Positions 7,011-18,055 of a stretch of DNA of 64,000 bases are shown here, piece after piece. Location: positions 829-64,828 of the forward strand of contig CABRRA010000008.1 in the NCBI GenBank assembly GCA_902473205.1, in the 5' to 3' direction. Source of the DNA: an uncultured Collinsella sp. Its GTDB lineage: Bacteria; Actinomycetota; Coriobacteriia; Coriobacteriales; Coriobacteriaceae. A program made the position numbers and the translations under genes. The notes beneath the pieces were generated by a model that made no database searches, was not told the DNA's origin, and worked only from the letters and a program-made list of their open reading frames with translations. The first letter of the stretch is position 1. The number at the start of each line of letters is the position of its first letter.

Positions 7011-9152
7011 GTGGCAAAAAAGCCTCAGCACGCTCAGAACAACCAGCGCAGTCAGCAGGGCAAACAGGGCCAGCAGCAAAAGCGCGGCGGCAAGGCGCAG
7101 GGTGGGCACACCACGCATACCCCAGCAGCGCCCACGCGCCCCTGGCGTCCGGGCCGCGATAAGTTCCTCCCCGTCAGCCGCGCCGACATGGATGCGCGCG
7201 GCTGGGACCAGTGCGACTTTGTCTACATCTGCGGCGACGCCTACGTGGACCACCCTAGCTTTGGTATGGCCATCATCAGCCGCGTCCTCGACGCGCACGG
7301 CTACAAGGTGGGCATCATCTGCCAGCCCGACTGGACCGACCCCGCCAGCATCAGCGTGCTCGGTGAGCCGCGCCTGGGCTTTCTCGTCAGCGCCGGTAAC
7401 ATGGACTCCATGGTCAACCACTATTCGGTGACCAAGCACCGCCGCCACACCGATGCCTATACCCCCGGTGGCGAGGAGGGGCGCCGTCCCAACCGAGCCG
7501 TCACGGTCTACGGCAACCTTATCCGCCAGACGTTCAAGGATGCCCCCATCATCATCGGCGGCATCGAGGCGAGCCTACGCCGTCTGGCCCACTACGACTA
7601 CTGGCAGGACAAGCTCAAGCGCTCGGTACTGCTCGACTCGGGCGCCGACATCCTCATCTACGGCATGGGCGAGCACGCGATTGTCGAGATTGCCGACGCG
7701 CTCGACGCGGGGCTGCCCGTCGATCAGATCACCTATATCAACGGCACCGTCTACCGCACGGGTTCGCTCGACGAGGTCTACGACTACGACCTGCTGCCCA
7801 GCTGGGACGATCTTACCGCCGACAAGCTCAACTACGCACGCAGCTTCAATGTGCAACAGCAGAATATGGACCCCATCACCGGACATCGCCTGGTAGAGCC
7901 CTACCCCAACAGCGTCTATGTGGTGCAGAACCCGCCATCGGCGACGCTCACCACCGATGAGATGGACGAGGTTGCCGAACTCCCCTACGCACGTGACTGG
8001 CATCCCGACTACGACGCGGCGGGCGGCGTGCCGGCCTTTGCCGAGATCAAGTTTTCCATTAGCTCCAACCGCGGCTGTTTTGGCGAGTGCTCGTTTTGCG
8101 CCCTCACCTTCCACCAGGGCCGCGTACTGCAGATGCGCAGCCACGACTCGATCATGCGCGAGGCCGAGCTGCTCACGCGCGATCCCGAGTTTAAGGGTTA
8201 CATCAACGACGTGGGCGGACCGACGGCAAACTTTAGCCGCCCGGCCTGCGACAAGCAGCTCAAGCACGGCGTGTGCAAGAACAAACGCTGCCTGTGGCCG
8301 AGCGTATGCAAGAACATGGTGGTCGACGAGAGCGGCTACACGCAGCTGTTGCGCGACCTGCGCCAGCTGCCGGGCGTCAAAAAGGTCTTCGTGCGCAGCG
8401 GCATCCGCTTTGACTACACCATGGCCGACGCCTCGGACGAGTTTTTGCGCGAGCTGCTGGAGCACCATGTCTCGGGCCAGCTGCGCGTAGCGCCCGAGCA
8501 CGTGAGCGACGCGGTGCTGTCCGTGATGGGCAAGCCGAGCCGCGCCGTCTACGATGCATTCTGCCGTAAATTTGAACGCTTGAATCGCGAGTATGGACTC
8601 AAGCAGTATGTGGTGCCGTACCTCATCTCGAGCCACCCGGGCTCAACCATGAAGGAAGCCGTGGACCTTGCCGAGGCCGTGCGCGACATGGGCTACATGC
8701 CCGAGCAAGTGCAGGACTTCTACCCCACGCCGTCCACCATGTCGACGTGCATGTACTACACCGGCGTGGACCCGCGCACCATGGAGCCGATCTATGTGGC
8801 GCGCGACCCGCACGAGAAGGCCATGCAGCGCGCGCTCATCCAATATCGCAAGCCCGAGAACTACAAGCTCGTACGCGAGGCGCTGGAAAAGGCCGGGCGT
8901 CGTGACCTGATCGGCTACACCAAGCATTGTCTGATTCGCCCCGTGCCGCCACGCCCGGGCGAGACATCTGCTGGCGGCGGACACGGCGCTGGCAAGAAAG
9001 GCGGCAAGCCGCACGGTGGCGCTGGCGGTGCCGGCAAGGGGCCAAAGGGCAGCAAGGGGCACAGCGGCATGTCGCGCGCACAGAACACTGCCGGTCGCAA
9101 TCGCGCGGCCCAGGGACGGCAGGGCGCCAACGGAGGCGGGCGTCGCAATTAG
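7011..9152 (+). CDS. ygiQ: YgiQ-family (UPF0313) radical SAM protein with a Gly/Lys-rich C-terminal tail
   Basis: The track ORF is 6825..9152. A likely GTG start at 7011 follows GGGAGG. FLPVSRADMDARGWDQCDFVYICGDAYVDHPSFGMAIISRVLDAHGYKVGIICQPDW parallels the E. coli YgiQ N-terminus. The radical SAM cluster is SNRGCFGECSFC. Confidence 0.85.
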   Translation: MAKKPQHAQNNQRSQQGKQGQQQKRGGKAQGGHTTHTPAAPTRPWRPGRDKFLPVSRADMDARGWDQCDFVYICGDAYVDHPSFGMAIISRVLDAHGYKVGIICQPDWTDPASISVLGEPRLGFLVSAGNMDSMVNHYSVTKHRRHTDAYTPGGEEGRRPNRAVTVYGNLIRQTFKDAPIIIGGIEASLRRLAHYDYWQDKLKRSVLLDSGADILIYGMGEHAIVEIADALDAGLPVDQITYINGTVYRTGSLDEVYDYDLLPSWDDLTADKLNYARSFNVQQQNMDPITGHRLVEPYPNSVYVVQNPPSATLTTDEMDEVAELPYARDWHPDYDAAGGVPAFAEIKFSISSNRGCFGECSFCALTFHQGRVLQMRSHDSIMREAELLTRDPEFKGYINDVGGPTANFSRPACDKQLKHGVCKNKRCLWPSVCKNMVVDESGYTQLLRDLRQLPGVKKVFVRSGIRFDYTMADASDEFLRELLEHHVSGQLRVAPEHVSDAVLSVMGKPSRAVYDAFCRKFERLNREYGLKQYVVPYLISSHPGSTMKEAVDLAEAVRDMGYMPEQVQDFYPTPSTMSTCMYYTGVDPRTMEPIYVARDPHEKAMQRALIQYRKPENYKLVREALEKAGRRDLIGYTKHCLIRPVPPRPGETSAGGGHGAGKKGGKPHGGAGGAGKGPKGSKGHSGMSRAQNTAGRNRAAQGRQGANGGGRRN

Positions 9153-10069
9153 TGCGGGAATGCGGTAGATGTGGTCGCAGCGCTCTGCTGGCACGCTTGG
9201 CGCAGTGAGCGCATTGCCTCAACGAGGATGACGCCGGCAATAGCGACCGTAATTGCCACGTCGAACGGCGTGTCCACAAACCAGAGCAACGTCATGAGAT
9301 ACGACCCGGCATTAAAGGCAAAATGCAGCAGGATCGTATAGCGAAGCTTTCCGGTCGTCACGAGCACCCAGCCAAAGATGAGGCCGGCGGCACCCGCGTA
9401 GCAACCTTGCACCCAATTCATGTGCATAAAACCGAAGATTGCCGCCTGCAACACAATCGCCGCGGCGATACCCCACGTGCTTGGGGCCGCCCAGGGCACC
9501 ATGGCGCCGTCCTGCGCGCTCGCACGACGCCGGCGCTTCCAAAGTGGGCGGCACTGCGGATTAAACGCTCGGAGCGAAAACTCAAAGATGATGCCGCGCA
9601 CCAGGAGCTCTTCGCAAAACGGCGCGCCGAGCACCGTGGTCAGGACGGCCAGATAGCTCGTGTCGCCCATGCCCGTCTCCTCGACAAGTTCGCTGTAATC
9701 GGCCGCCGCCTCGGGCAACAGCGACAGCACGGCGTCGGTCACGTAGCCAACGACCACCTGCATGGACAGACCGATCACGACAACGCAGACGATGCGCTTC
9801 CATGCCGCGCCTGTTCCCCCACCGAGCGGGCGCTCGCCCTGCCGGCGCGCCATGAAGGAGCGGGGCCACAGATAGCGCCACCACAGCAGCGCCATCAAAT
9901 ACGACGCCGTCTGAGCGGCAGCCTGGAACCATTGAATATCGAGATTGTCGACCGGATAGCCCGTCAGCACCGACAGGGCATCGAGAACCGAAAACAGAAC
10001 CACGCTCAGGGCTATATCGGCAGCGACAACGCCAAAACAGGCAAGTGCCCAAACCAGCGCATTGAGCAT
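9149..10069 (-). CDS. CPBP-family intramembrane glutamic endopeptidase (CAAX protease / Abi family)
   Basis: 306-aa multi-TM ORF with motifs FCEELLVRG (EExxxR), FGFMH (FxxxH) and HFAFN (HxxxN). Confidence 0.8.
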   Translation of the reverse strand: MLNALVWALACFGVVAADIALSVVLFSVLDALSVLTGYPVDNLDIQWFQAAAQTASYLMALLWWRYLWPRSFMARRQGERPLGGGTGAAWKRIVCVVVIGLSMQVVVGYVTDAVLSLLPEAAADYSELVEETGMGDTSYLAVLTTVLGAPFCEELLVRGIIFEFSLRAFNPQCRPLWKRRRRASAQDGAMVPWAAPSTWGIAAAIVLQAAIFGFMHMNWVQGCYAGAAGLIFGWVLVTTGKLRYTILLHFAFNAGSYLMTLLWFVDTPFDVAITVAIAGVILVEAMRSLRQACQQSAATTSTAFPH

Positions 10070-10120
10070 GCCAACCTCCTCAAAACGTTCCCTAATTCTA
10101 CCACAACTCGGCAGAGAGCT

Positions 10121-10151
10121 GATCCCATGGGGACGGAGGAAAACGGATCAC
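10121..10151. repeat. Family C short repeat (GATCCCnnGGGGACGGAGGAAAACGGATCA), copy 1
   Basis: gatcccatggggacggaggaaaacggatcac. Related copies lie at 10519, 34169 and 41183/41236. Confidence 0.75.
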
Positions 10152-10352
10152 TTATTGATGAGAATCGGGCGCAGCGCCAAAGGCCCCGCTGGGCGAAATG
10201 TCGAACGGAAAGGTGCCGCAGCGATTGAACGCGGCGATGAACATGCGGATGGCGTTGGACGGCGTGGTACCCACGAGCTGGGTTGCCGCCGCGAAGGCCG
10301 CCTTTTCCTCGGGCAAGACCTTCGCGACAACCGGGGTCATGTGTTCTGCCAT
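10152..10352 (-). CDS. RelB/DinJ-family antitoxin-like small protein with no adjacent toxin gene
   Basis: The track ORF is 10152..10427. I place the start at ATG 10352 (MAEHMTPVVAKVLPEEKAAFAAATQLVGTTPSNAIRMFIAAFNRCGTFPFDIS...), after AAAGGAAG. The pattern matches the E. coli DinJ N-terminal ribbon-helix-helix region (V.A.I.E..K..A......G.T.S..IR.........PFD). Confidence 0.55.
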   Translation of the reverse strand: MAEHMTPVVAKVLPEEKAAFAAATQLVGTTPSNAIRMFIAAFNRCGTFPFDISPSGAFGAAPDSHQ

Positions 10353-10518
10353 GGCGCTTCCTTTTTGAAACGACGGTGGTGTGGATAGATGCGGGCCACG
10401 CGGCTGGGCGACGGGCTGTGAAGGCAACCCGATTGGCCCGCATCTGGAGTTTGTTTCTACGGCGTTGGTATTACTCTGTATTCTTAAGTATTACCCCCGC
10501 AGATAGAATACCATACCC

Positions 10519-10548
10519 GACCCCATGGGGACGGAGAAATACGGATCA
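10519..10548. repeat. Family C short repeat, copy 2, in the same orientation as copy 1
   Basis: gaccccatggggacggagaaatacggatca. Together with copy 1 it brackets the DinJ-like gene as direct repeats. Confidence 0.7.
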
Positions 10549-10567
10549 TTTTGTTGCTAAGTAGTAT

Positions 10568-11330
10568 TTAGAGCGTGATGATGTCCGAGATATTGAGGGC
10601 CCGAGCGTCAGCGGCATCGTGCGTGGCAAGCAGGAGCATGCGGCCGTCGAGCGCCGGCGCCCAGGGCGCGCGATCGCCCACGGCAAGCGCAAGCTCCGCT
10701 GCAACCCCGCCGTCAGCAGGGCCGCCCGCACGCCCATAACTGCCCTCGCCTTTTGATTCGCGCACGGCGCGGAAGGGACGCGGCGAACGTCGGCGTATGG
10801 CGCGCCCAATCTGGGCATCCGGCGCATGGCGCCCTATTGTCTTGCATATTTTCGCTTGTGCCATGCATAAATAGATGGGGGCGCCCCTTCCCGTCCCAAC
10901 GTACCCCCGCTTGGACCGTGCAAAAACCGGAGTATTCAGCATCGCGACCCCCGCCGGCGACGCCGCGAACCGGGAGCATCGCGCGGCCGGCGTCGCTTTG
11001 GGGCACGGCACGGCGCGAAACGCGCGCTATCGCCACGCCGTACGCCGCCTGCCGACCCAAATCGCCCGTCGAGGGATCTCGCGAGATCAAATAGACGCTT
11101 CCGGCGCGTATGCAGCCACCCCGGCTTGCTGAAAACTCCCGAAAATGCACGTCGCACCCCGGGGGACCCGTGCGTGCCGTGAAAAAACACGCCCGCATCC
11201 AGAACAATGCGAGCGTGAAAGTCAGATGGCAGCAAGGGCGCCAGGCAGCGAGCGGAATCCCGAGTGTGTCCGCCCGGGCACTGCGGCCACCGTGCGTCAG
11301 TAGGGAGCTTCACGTTCTCCGTCTATGCCA
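10568..11330 (-). pseudogene. Possible decayed ABC-type ATPase gene (frameshifted remnants)
   Basis: No intact ORF spans this roughly 0.9 kb GC-rich gap. The minus-strand frames carry fragments that resemble ABC ATPase segments in the correct order. These are ...DAGVFFHGTHGSPG... (Walker A-like), ...LGRQAAYGVAIARVSRRAVP... (signature/Q-R-V-A-I-A-R-like), and a terminal ...GRMLLLATHDAADARALNISDIITL* (H-loop THD plus C-terminus). The similarity is weak and pattern-level only. Confidence 0.25.
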
Positions 11331-11505
11331 GAACCCCGCATACGCGAATCTCCAACTAAGCCGATAACCCACATCTCTTGCCGCGACCGCCTCCGTGCTT
11401 TTTCGTGAGGGGGCCGGCCCACCTCAAACTACGCCCACAAAAAGGGCCCCGAGCATCGTCTACTCGGGACCCAAACTCATCTCGCCTTACCGCGCGACGC
11501 GTATG

Positions 11506-13755
<2,250 letters not shown>

Positions 13756-14026
13756 ATGTCGTTGTTCCTTATCTGCACGCGTCATGGGCGCGGCATGCGG
13801 CCGCGCGGGCGTGCTTGGTAGTGCGCTAATACATACAAATACGGGTGCGCACAGAGAGGACGTTGCTCAGCACGCTGGCGATCGCTTTGGCAGCCCTATC
13901 ACGCGCCGTCCAGACGCAGCGGCCCTAAGCGATGGAGCAGATTCGCCGCGGGTTAGTATACCCGTGCTTCGCATGCCCCCACGTAAACCACAGATGACGA
14001 GGCGGACGCGGCGGGCCCGGCTGATT

Positions 14027-14164
14027 GTCTCAATCTGTAACATCTACAGGGCAAATCTTCCTCTACGTGTTACAGATCGAGACAAACGGTCGACACGGTT
14101 CACAAACGTCTCAATCTGTAACAGTTATCGAGTAAAATCGGCCCTAATTGTTATAGATCAAGAC
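14027..14164. repeat. Family A array A1: 2 units of the 80-81 bp periodic palindromic repeat
   Basis: 16-nt arms GTCTCAATCTGTAACA (14027-14042), TGTTACAGATCGAGAC (14068-14083), GTCTCAATCTGTAACA (14108-14123) and TGTTATAGATCAAGAC (14149-14164). Loops are 25 nt and the linker is 24 nt. Confidence 0.9.
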
Positions 14165-14343
14165 AGAGGGGGATTTCCGTTCAGTCCAAACCAAATCTCT
14201 CGCTCTTCCTGCAATTTCGAACATGTGGCCTATAATGTTGCTTTGGTTACGCTATATATTGCGCAGCCATTTAATACGTCGCCCACCGGGAGCCATTAAT
14301 TCCTATCGCCATATTGGCTAGGAAGCAATCAAAGGAGGTATCC

Positions 14344-15306
14344 GTGGCAGCAGAGACGCCTTGCTCGGTCCTCTATAACGATATTCGCTCGTTCGGCGGT
14401 CTTAAACATCTCGAGATCGCCCGAATGCTCATCAATGGAAACTCTTATCTCGGCAGTACCCTGCTCGAGAAATGCTCTTCCAACCGCTCGTATCTCACCC
14501 GTTACATCGTCCATCGCAAGCCTGACCAGTGCGCGCCCGCCATCTACAGCGACTTTACCGTCACCACGCTCAACCTTTCCGCGGCAATCTGCAGCAAGCT
14601 CGGCGGCGGCGAGTCCGCCTATCGGGCAATCGCCGAGCACTATCGCGGTCCGGCCGCCAACGAAATGATGTCGGCTCTCGCCAGCTACAAGCTGGACAGC
14701 CGCCTATATGCAAATACCCTCAATCGCATCGATAACTTTGACGGCAATGCCGTGCGCGAAAAAAGCACGCTCTTCTTGATGCTCTTTGTGGCAACGGGGG
14801 CGCTCGCCGATCCCGTTCAGGGCGTGGCCACCGTCGAGCGCTTTTGCGACAGCAAGACGGGCGGGCACTTTGGCACCACCGAAACTACCGTCGGACGTGG
14901 CTTTATGAGCAGCCTGGAGCAGCCGCGCACCGTCGCCCCCAACCTCGGTCTGCTCAGAACCCATGCCGACAACTGCGCCGACATGCAAATCCATCCCCTC
15001 ACACGCGATCCGCGCGGCACCGTAATTGGTTCTTTGCCCAAAACCTCGCCCAGCATCACCGATGTGGGCGCCGACGCATCGCGCGAGCATCTTCGCATTT
15101 GGCTTGAGGGTGAGCACTGGTACGCCCAGGGCCTTGGATCGACCAACGGCACGGTACTCGAATCGGGTGCAGGCGACGGCGATATTGTGATTGAGCCGCC
15201 GCGCGACCAACGCGAGCCCGGCAAGATCTATCCCCCAGTGAAAATCGAAAACAGCGACAGGCTCCATCTGGGTCTCTACACGACATTCCTTGTCATTGTG
15301 GACTAG
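14344..15306 (+). CDS. FHA-domain protein: an N-terminal region of unknown function followed by a C-terminal FHA domain
   Basis: The track ORF is 14314..15306. A likely GTG start at 14344 sits 6 nt after AAAGGAGG. The C-terminal stretch VIGSLP...DASREHLRIWLEGEHWYAQGLGSTNGTVLES...VKIENSDRLHLGLYTTFLV carries the FHA hallmarks (G-x, S-x-x-H, N-G-T). Confidence 0.75.
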   Translation: MAAETPCSVLYNDIRSFGGLKHLEIARMLINGNSYLGSTLLEKCSSNRSYLTRYIVHRKPDQCAPAIYSDFTVTTLNLSAAICSKLGGGESAYRAIAEHYRGPAANEMMSALASYKLDSRLYANTLNRIDNFDGNAVREKSTLFLMLFVATGALADPVQGVATVERFCDSKTGGHFGTTETTVGRGFMSSLEQPRTVAPNLGLLRTHADNCADMQIHPLTRDPRGTVIGSLPKTSPSITDVGADASREHLRIWLEGEHWYAQGLGSTNGTVLESGAGDGDIVIEPPRDQREPGKIYPPVKIENSDRLHLGLYTTFLVIVD

Positions 15307-15477
15307 CGCGGACGGCGATCGGAAGACGGTCGCCGTCCGTCTTTCGTCTTCTACCTTCTGCGTCGTAAACGACAATGCTCAGCGGTATACGTGGGCAGTG
15401 CGGCTATCATGGTACTTTACCGATATCCGCACTGCTCGCGTATACGTGCGGCAACCCATGCCAGACAAAGGAACGCC

Positions 15478-17562
15478 ATGGATACTACCGATAGCGCCTA
15501 TGGCGACAAACTCATCCGTCTCGATACGTTCGATACCGCCGTGGCGGTCGACCCCAGCGCCGAGGACGACGCCAAACGTCGGTTTATGACGCTTATTCTC
15601 CAGACGGCCCACCGCAACAACGGCAACATCGGGCACGTGCTGCGCGCGACCAACACGAGCGGCGAGGTCTTTGCCGTCAAGCTACTCAAGGACAACGCTA
15701 TCCTTTCCGGCCAAGCCCCCGACCGCTCCGCCGAGCAATCGGCCGCTCACTTGGCCAACACCGCCGCGCTATTCGAGGAGTACCGTCATCTTTGTACCGT
15801 CTCGCACCTGCGCGGATTTCCGCGCGTCTATGGCTACGGATCGTGCGAGGATGACCCGCTCATCCTCATGGAGTGGGTCGAGGGCACCTCGCTCAAGCAG
15901 GCGCTGCCCCTGCTTCCGCACGACGCCTCGGGCGGGCTGACCACCCAGATGGTCGCCGCCGTCGGAAACGCCGTGCTTCGTGCGCTCTTGATGACCCAAG
16001 GCCTCGTGAACCCGGTCATCCATCGCGATCTGTCGCCCGCCAATATTATGTTCCGCACCACCAGCCGAACGCTCGAGCAGCAGATTGCCGATTGCTCCTT
16101 TGACCCCTGCCTCATCGACATGGGCTCCGCGACCATGGCTCTCGGCGACGACACGATCACCCGGTGCGCCGACATCTGGCGCTTTGCCACGCCCGCATAC
16201 GCCGCGCCCGAGATGCTCACGCAGGATATCGAAGGCATCGCGGCCCTTCGCCGTTCGCCGGCAATCGACGTCTATGCGCTTTCGAGCATTCTGTACCAGC
16301 TCTACAGCGGTCGCAAACCGTTTGACTTTGAGTCGACGGACGCCGCTGCAACCGGCTCGTTCTATCTCGTAAAGACCAAGACCAAGCCGGCACCGCTCGA
16401 GCCGCGCTGCGAGGGCGATGAGGCGCTCGTCCAGATCATCATGAAGGGTCTCTCAGTCGAGCAGTGCGATCGTCCCACCGAGCAGCAGATGCTCGAGGTG
16501 CTCTCGGCATACCTCACCGACGCCGAATCCGAAGGCCGCGAAGGTGCAGGAGACGAGGCCGCAATTGATATCGATTCTGGCACGCACCTTAAGGTCGACG
16601 TCGCCGGCGAGCGCGCACGAGAGATCCTGAATCAGGCCCGCCACGATGCCATGACCCGCCGCCGCTTTATTATCGGCGGCGCTATCGCAGCCGTTGCGGG
16701 GCTCAGCGTTATCGGGGCGGCAACCCATGGCTTTGGCATCCCCGACTACCTCGACGGCATCCGCGGTTCACTTGACGACTACACCTGGGATCAGCTGCAG
16801 GAGATTTCGCTCAAGATTAAGGCCGCCGAGACCCGTAGCGAGGCACGCGAGATTGCCAAGCGCTATCACCTGCTCGATGCCGATGGGCATATCCCCTATC
16901 CGTGTACCAAGCGTGTCACGCTCACCAACGGGCTGCAGGTTGGCGCGCAGCTTGTGGGCATCCGCCACGATGAGCTTCTGGACGGGACGGGCAAGGCCGG
17001 ACTGACGTTTATGTTCGACGCGGGTATTGCCGAGCGCAACGCTGCGGCTGAACCGCCGAGCGCCGGCTGGGCAGATTGCGAGCTGCGGAAATGGCTCAAC
17101 GGCGACGGCCTTAAGCTGCTGCCCAACGAGTTGCGCGCACTCATCAAATCTGTCAAAAAGATCTCGAATAACGCTGGCGCCGCCAACAGTGCATCGTGTC
17201 TGAGCGAGTTGCCCGCAACCCTTTGGCTGCCCGCCATGGTCGAGCTGTGCGGTACGCAACCGCCCGATTCGTTTGCCAAGGACTATCACTACCTGGCAGA
17301 CATCTACAACGGCGAGGGCAAGGGGTACCAACTCTTCCGCGAGCTCAAGGTGAGCCCGTATTCCACGAACGAGACGATGGTCCGCCAGTGGAAGGGCAAG
17401 GACACCTGCTGGTGGGAGCGCACGGTGAGCCCCGACTCATCGGAGACCGAAGGCACGCTCTATTTGAATCGCGTTGGACACGACGGCGACGTCTTTACGT
17501 ACGCAACGCCTGCGGACAAGCCAAACAAACGAACCTGTGTGATCCCCGGATTCTGTATCTAG
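15478..17562 (+). CDS. Transmembrane Ser/Thr protein kinase (Hanks type) with a C-terminal extracytoplasmic domain resembling DUF6273
   Basis: The track ORF is 15391..17562. I place the start at ATG 15478, after AAAGGAA. Kinase motifs: VFAVKLL (VAIK Lys), IHRDLSPANIMF (HRD), LIDMGSA (DFG-like) and YAAPEM (APE). One TM segment, TRRRFIIGGAIAAVAGLSVIGAA, follows. The roughly 270-aa C-terminal domain contains GWADCELRKWLNGDG and TCWWERTVSP motifs. Confidence 0.85.
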   Translation: MDTTDSAYGDKLIRLDTFDTAVAVDPSAEDDAKRRFMTLILQTAHRNNGNIGHVLRATNTSGEVFAVKLLKDNAILSGQAPDRSAEQSAAHLANTAALFEEYRHLCTVSHLRGFPRVYGYGSCEDDPLILMEWVEGTSLKQALPLLPHDASGGLTTQMVAAVGNAVLRALLMTQGLVNPVIHRDLSPANIMFRTTSRTLEQQIADCSFDPCLIDMGSATMALGDDTITRCADIWRFATPAYAAPEMLTQDIEGIAALRRSPAIDVYALSSILYQLYSGRKPFDFESTDAAATGSFYLVKTKTKPAPLEPRCEGDEALVQIIMKGLSVEQCDRPTEQQMLEVLSAYLTDAESEGREGAGDEAAIDIDSGTHLKVDVAGERAREILNQARHDAMTRRRFIIGGAIAAVAGLSVIGAATHGFGIPDYLDGIRGSLDDYTWDQLQEISLKIKAAETRSEAREIAKRYHLLDADGHIPYPCTKRVTLTNGLQVGAQLVGIRHDELLDGTGKAGLTFMFDAGIAERNAAAEPPSAGWADCELRKWLNGDGLKLLPNELRALIKSVKKISNNAGAANSASCLSELPATLWLPAMVELCGTQPPDSFAKDYHYLADIYNGEGKGYQLFRELKVSPYSTNETMVRQWKGKDTCWWERTVSPDSSETEGTLYLNRVGHDGDVFTYATPADKPNKRTCVIPGFCI

Positions 17563-17604
17563 AGAGCGGGCGTCTTGCCGTGACGGGACCCCTCCCCGGC
17601 AATT

Positions 17605-17902
17605 GTCTCGATCTGTAACACTAGCTCGGCAGATACAGGTCTAGATGTTACAGAACGAGACAAACCCCAACCCCGCGAGACAACATCTCAATCTGTAACA
17701 ACTAGGACCCAAATATCGGTCTTGCTGTTACAGATCGAGATGTTCAGGTTACCCTCGAATGGTTTGTCTCGATCTGTAACATCTAGCAGGCAAAACAGTC
17801 CCCAGATGTTACAGATTGAGACGTTAAGTTGTGGCTCGATGAAATATCTAGATCTGTAACAGTTACTCGACAAAAACGGGTCTAGTTGTTACAGATTGAG
17901 AC
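17605..17902. repeat. Family A array A2: 4 units of the 80-81 bp periodic palindromic repeat
   Basis: Arms start at 17605, 17646, 17685, 17726, 17766, 17807, 17846 and 17887, alternating in orientation. Same-orientation spacing is 80, 81, 80 bp. Confidence 0.9.
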
Positions 17903-17979
17903 ATTAGACCGGCTACGGTCCGCCGACCTGGCTATCACCTCGGCCAATAACAGAATGGCATACATTTCAATCTCCACTG

Positions 17980-18004
17980 TACACCCCCAGGGGGTATGGG
18001 TGTA
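17980..18004. promoter_or_regulatory. Candidate CsoR operator upstream of copA
   Basis: TACACCCCCAGGGGGTATGGGTGTA contains the near-palindrome ACACCCCC-A-GGGGGTAT. This resembles known CsoR boxes of the type TACCC...GGGGGTA. It overlaps a TATAGT -10-like hexamer about 50 nt before the copA ATG, and a csoR gene lies in the same locus. Confidence 0.5.
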
Positions 18005-18055
18005 TAGTATCAGCAGGTTAACAATTCCAACACCGAACCACAGAAAGGAGAAGCC

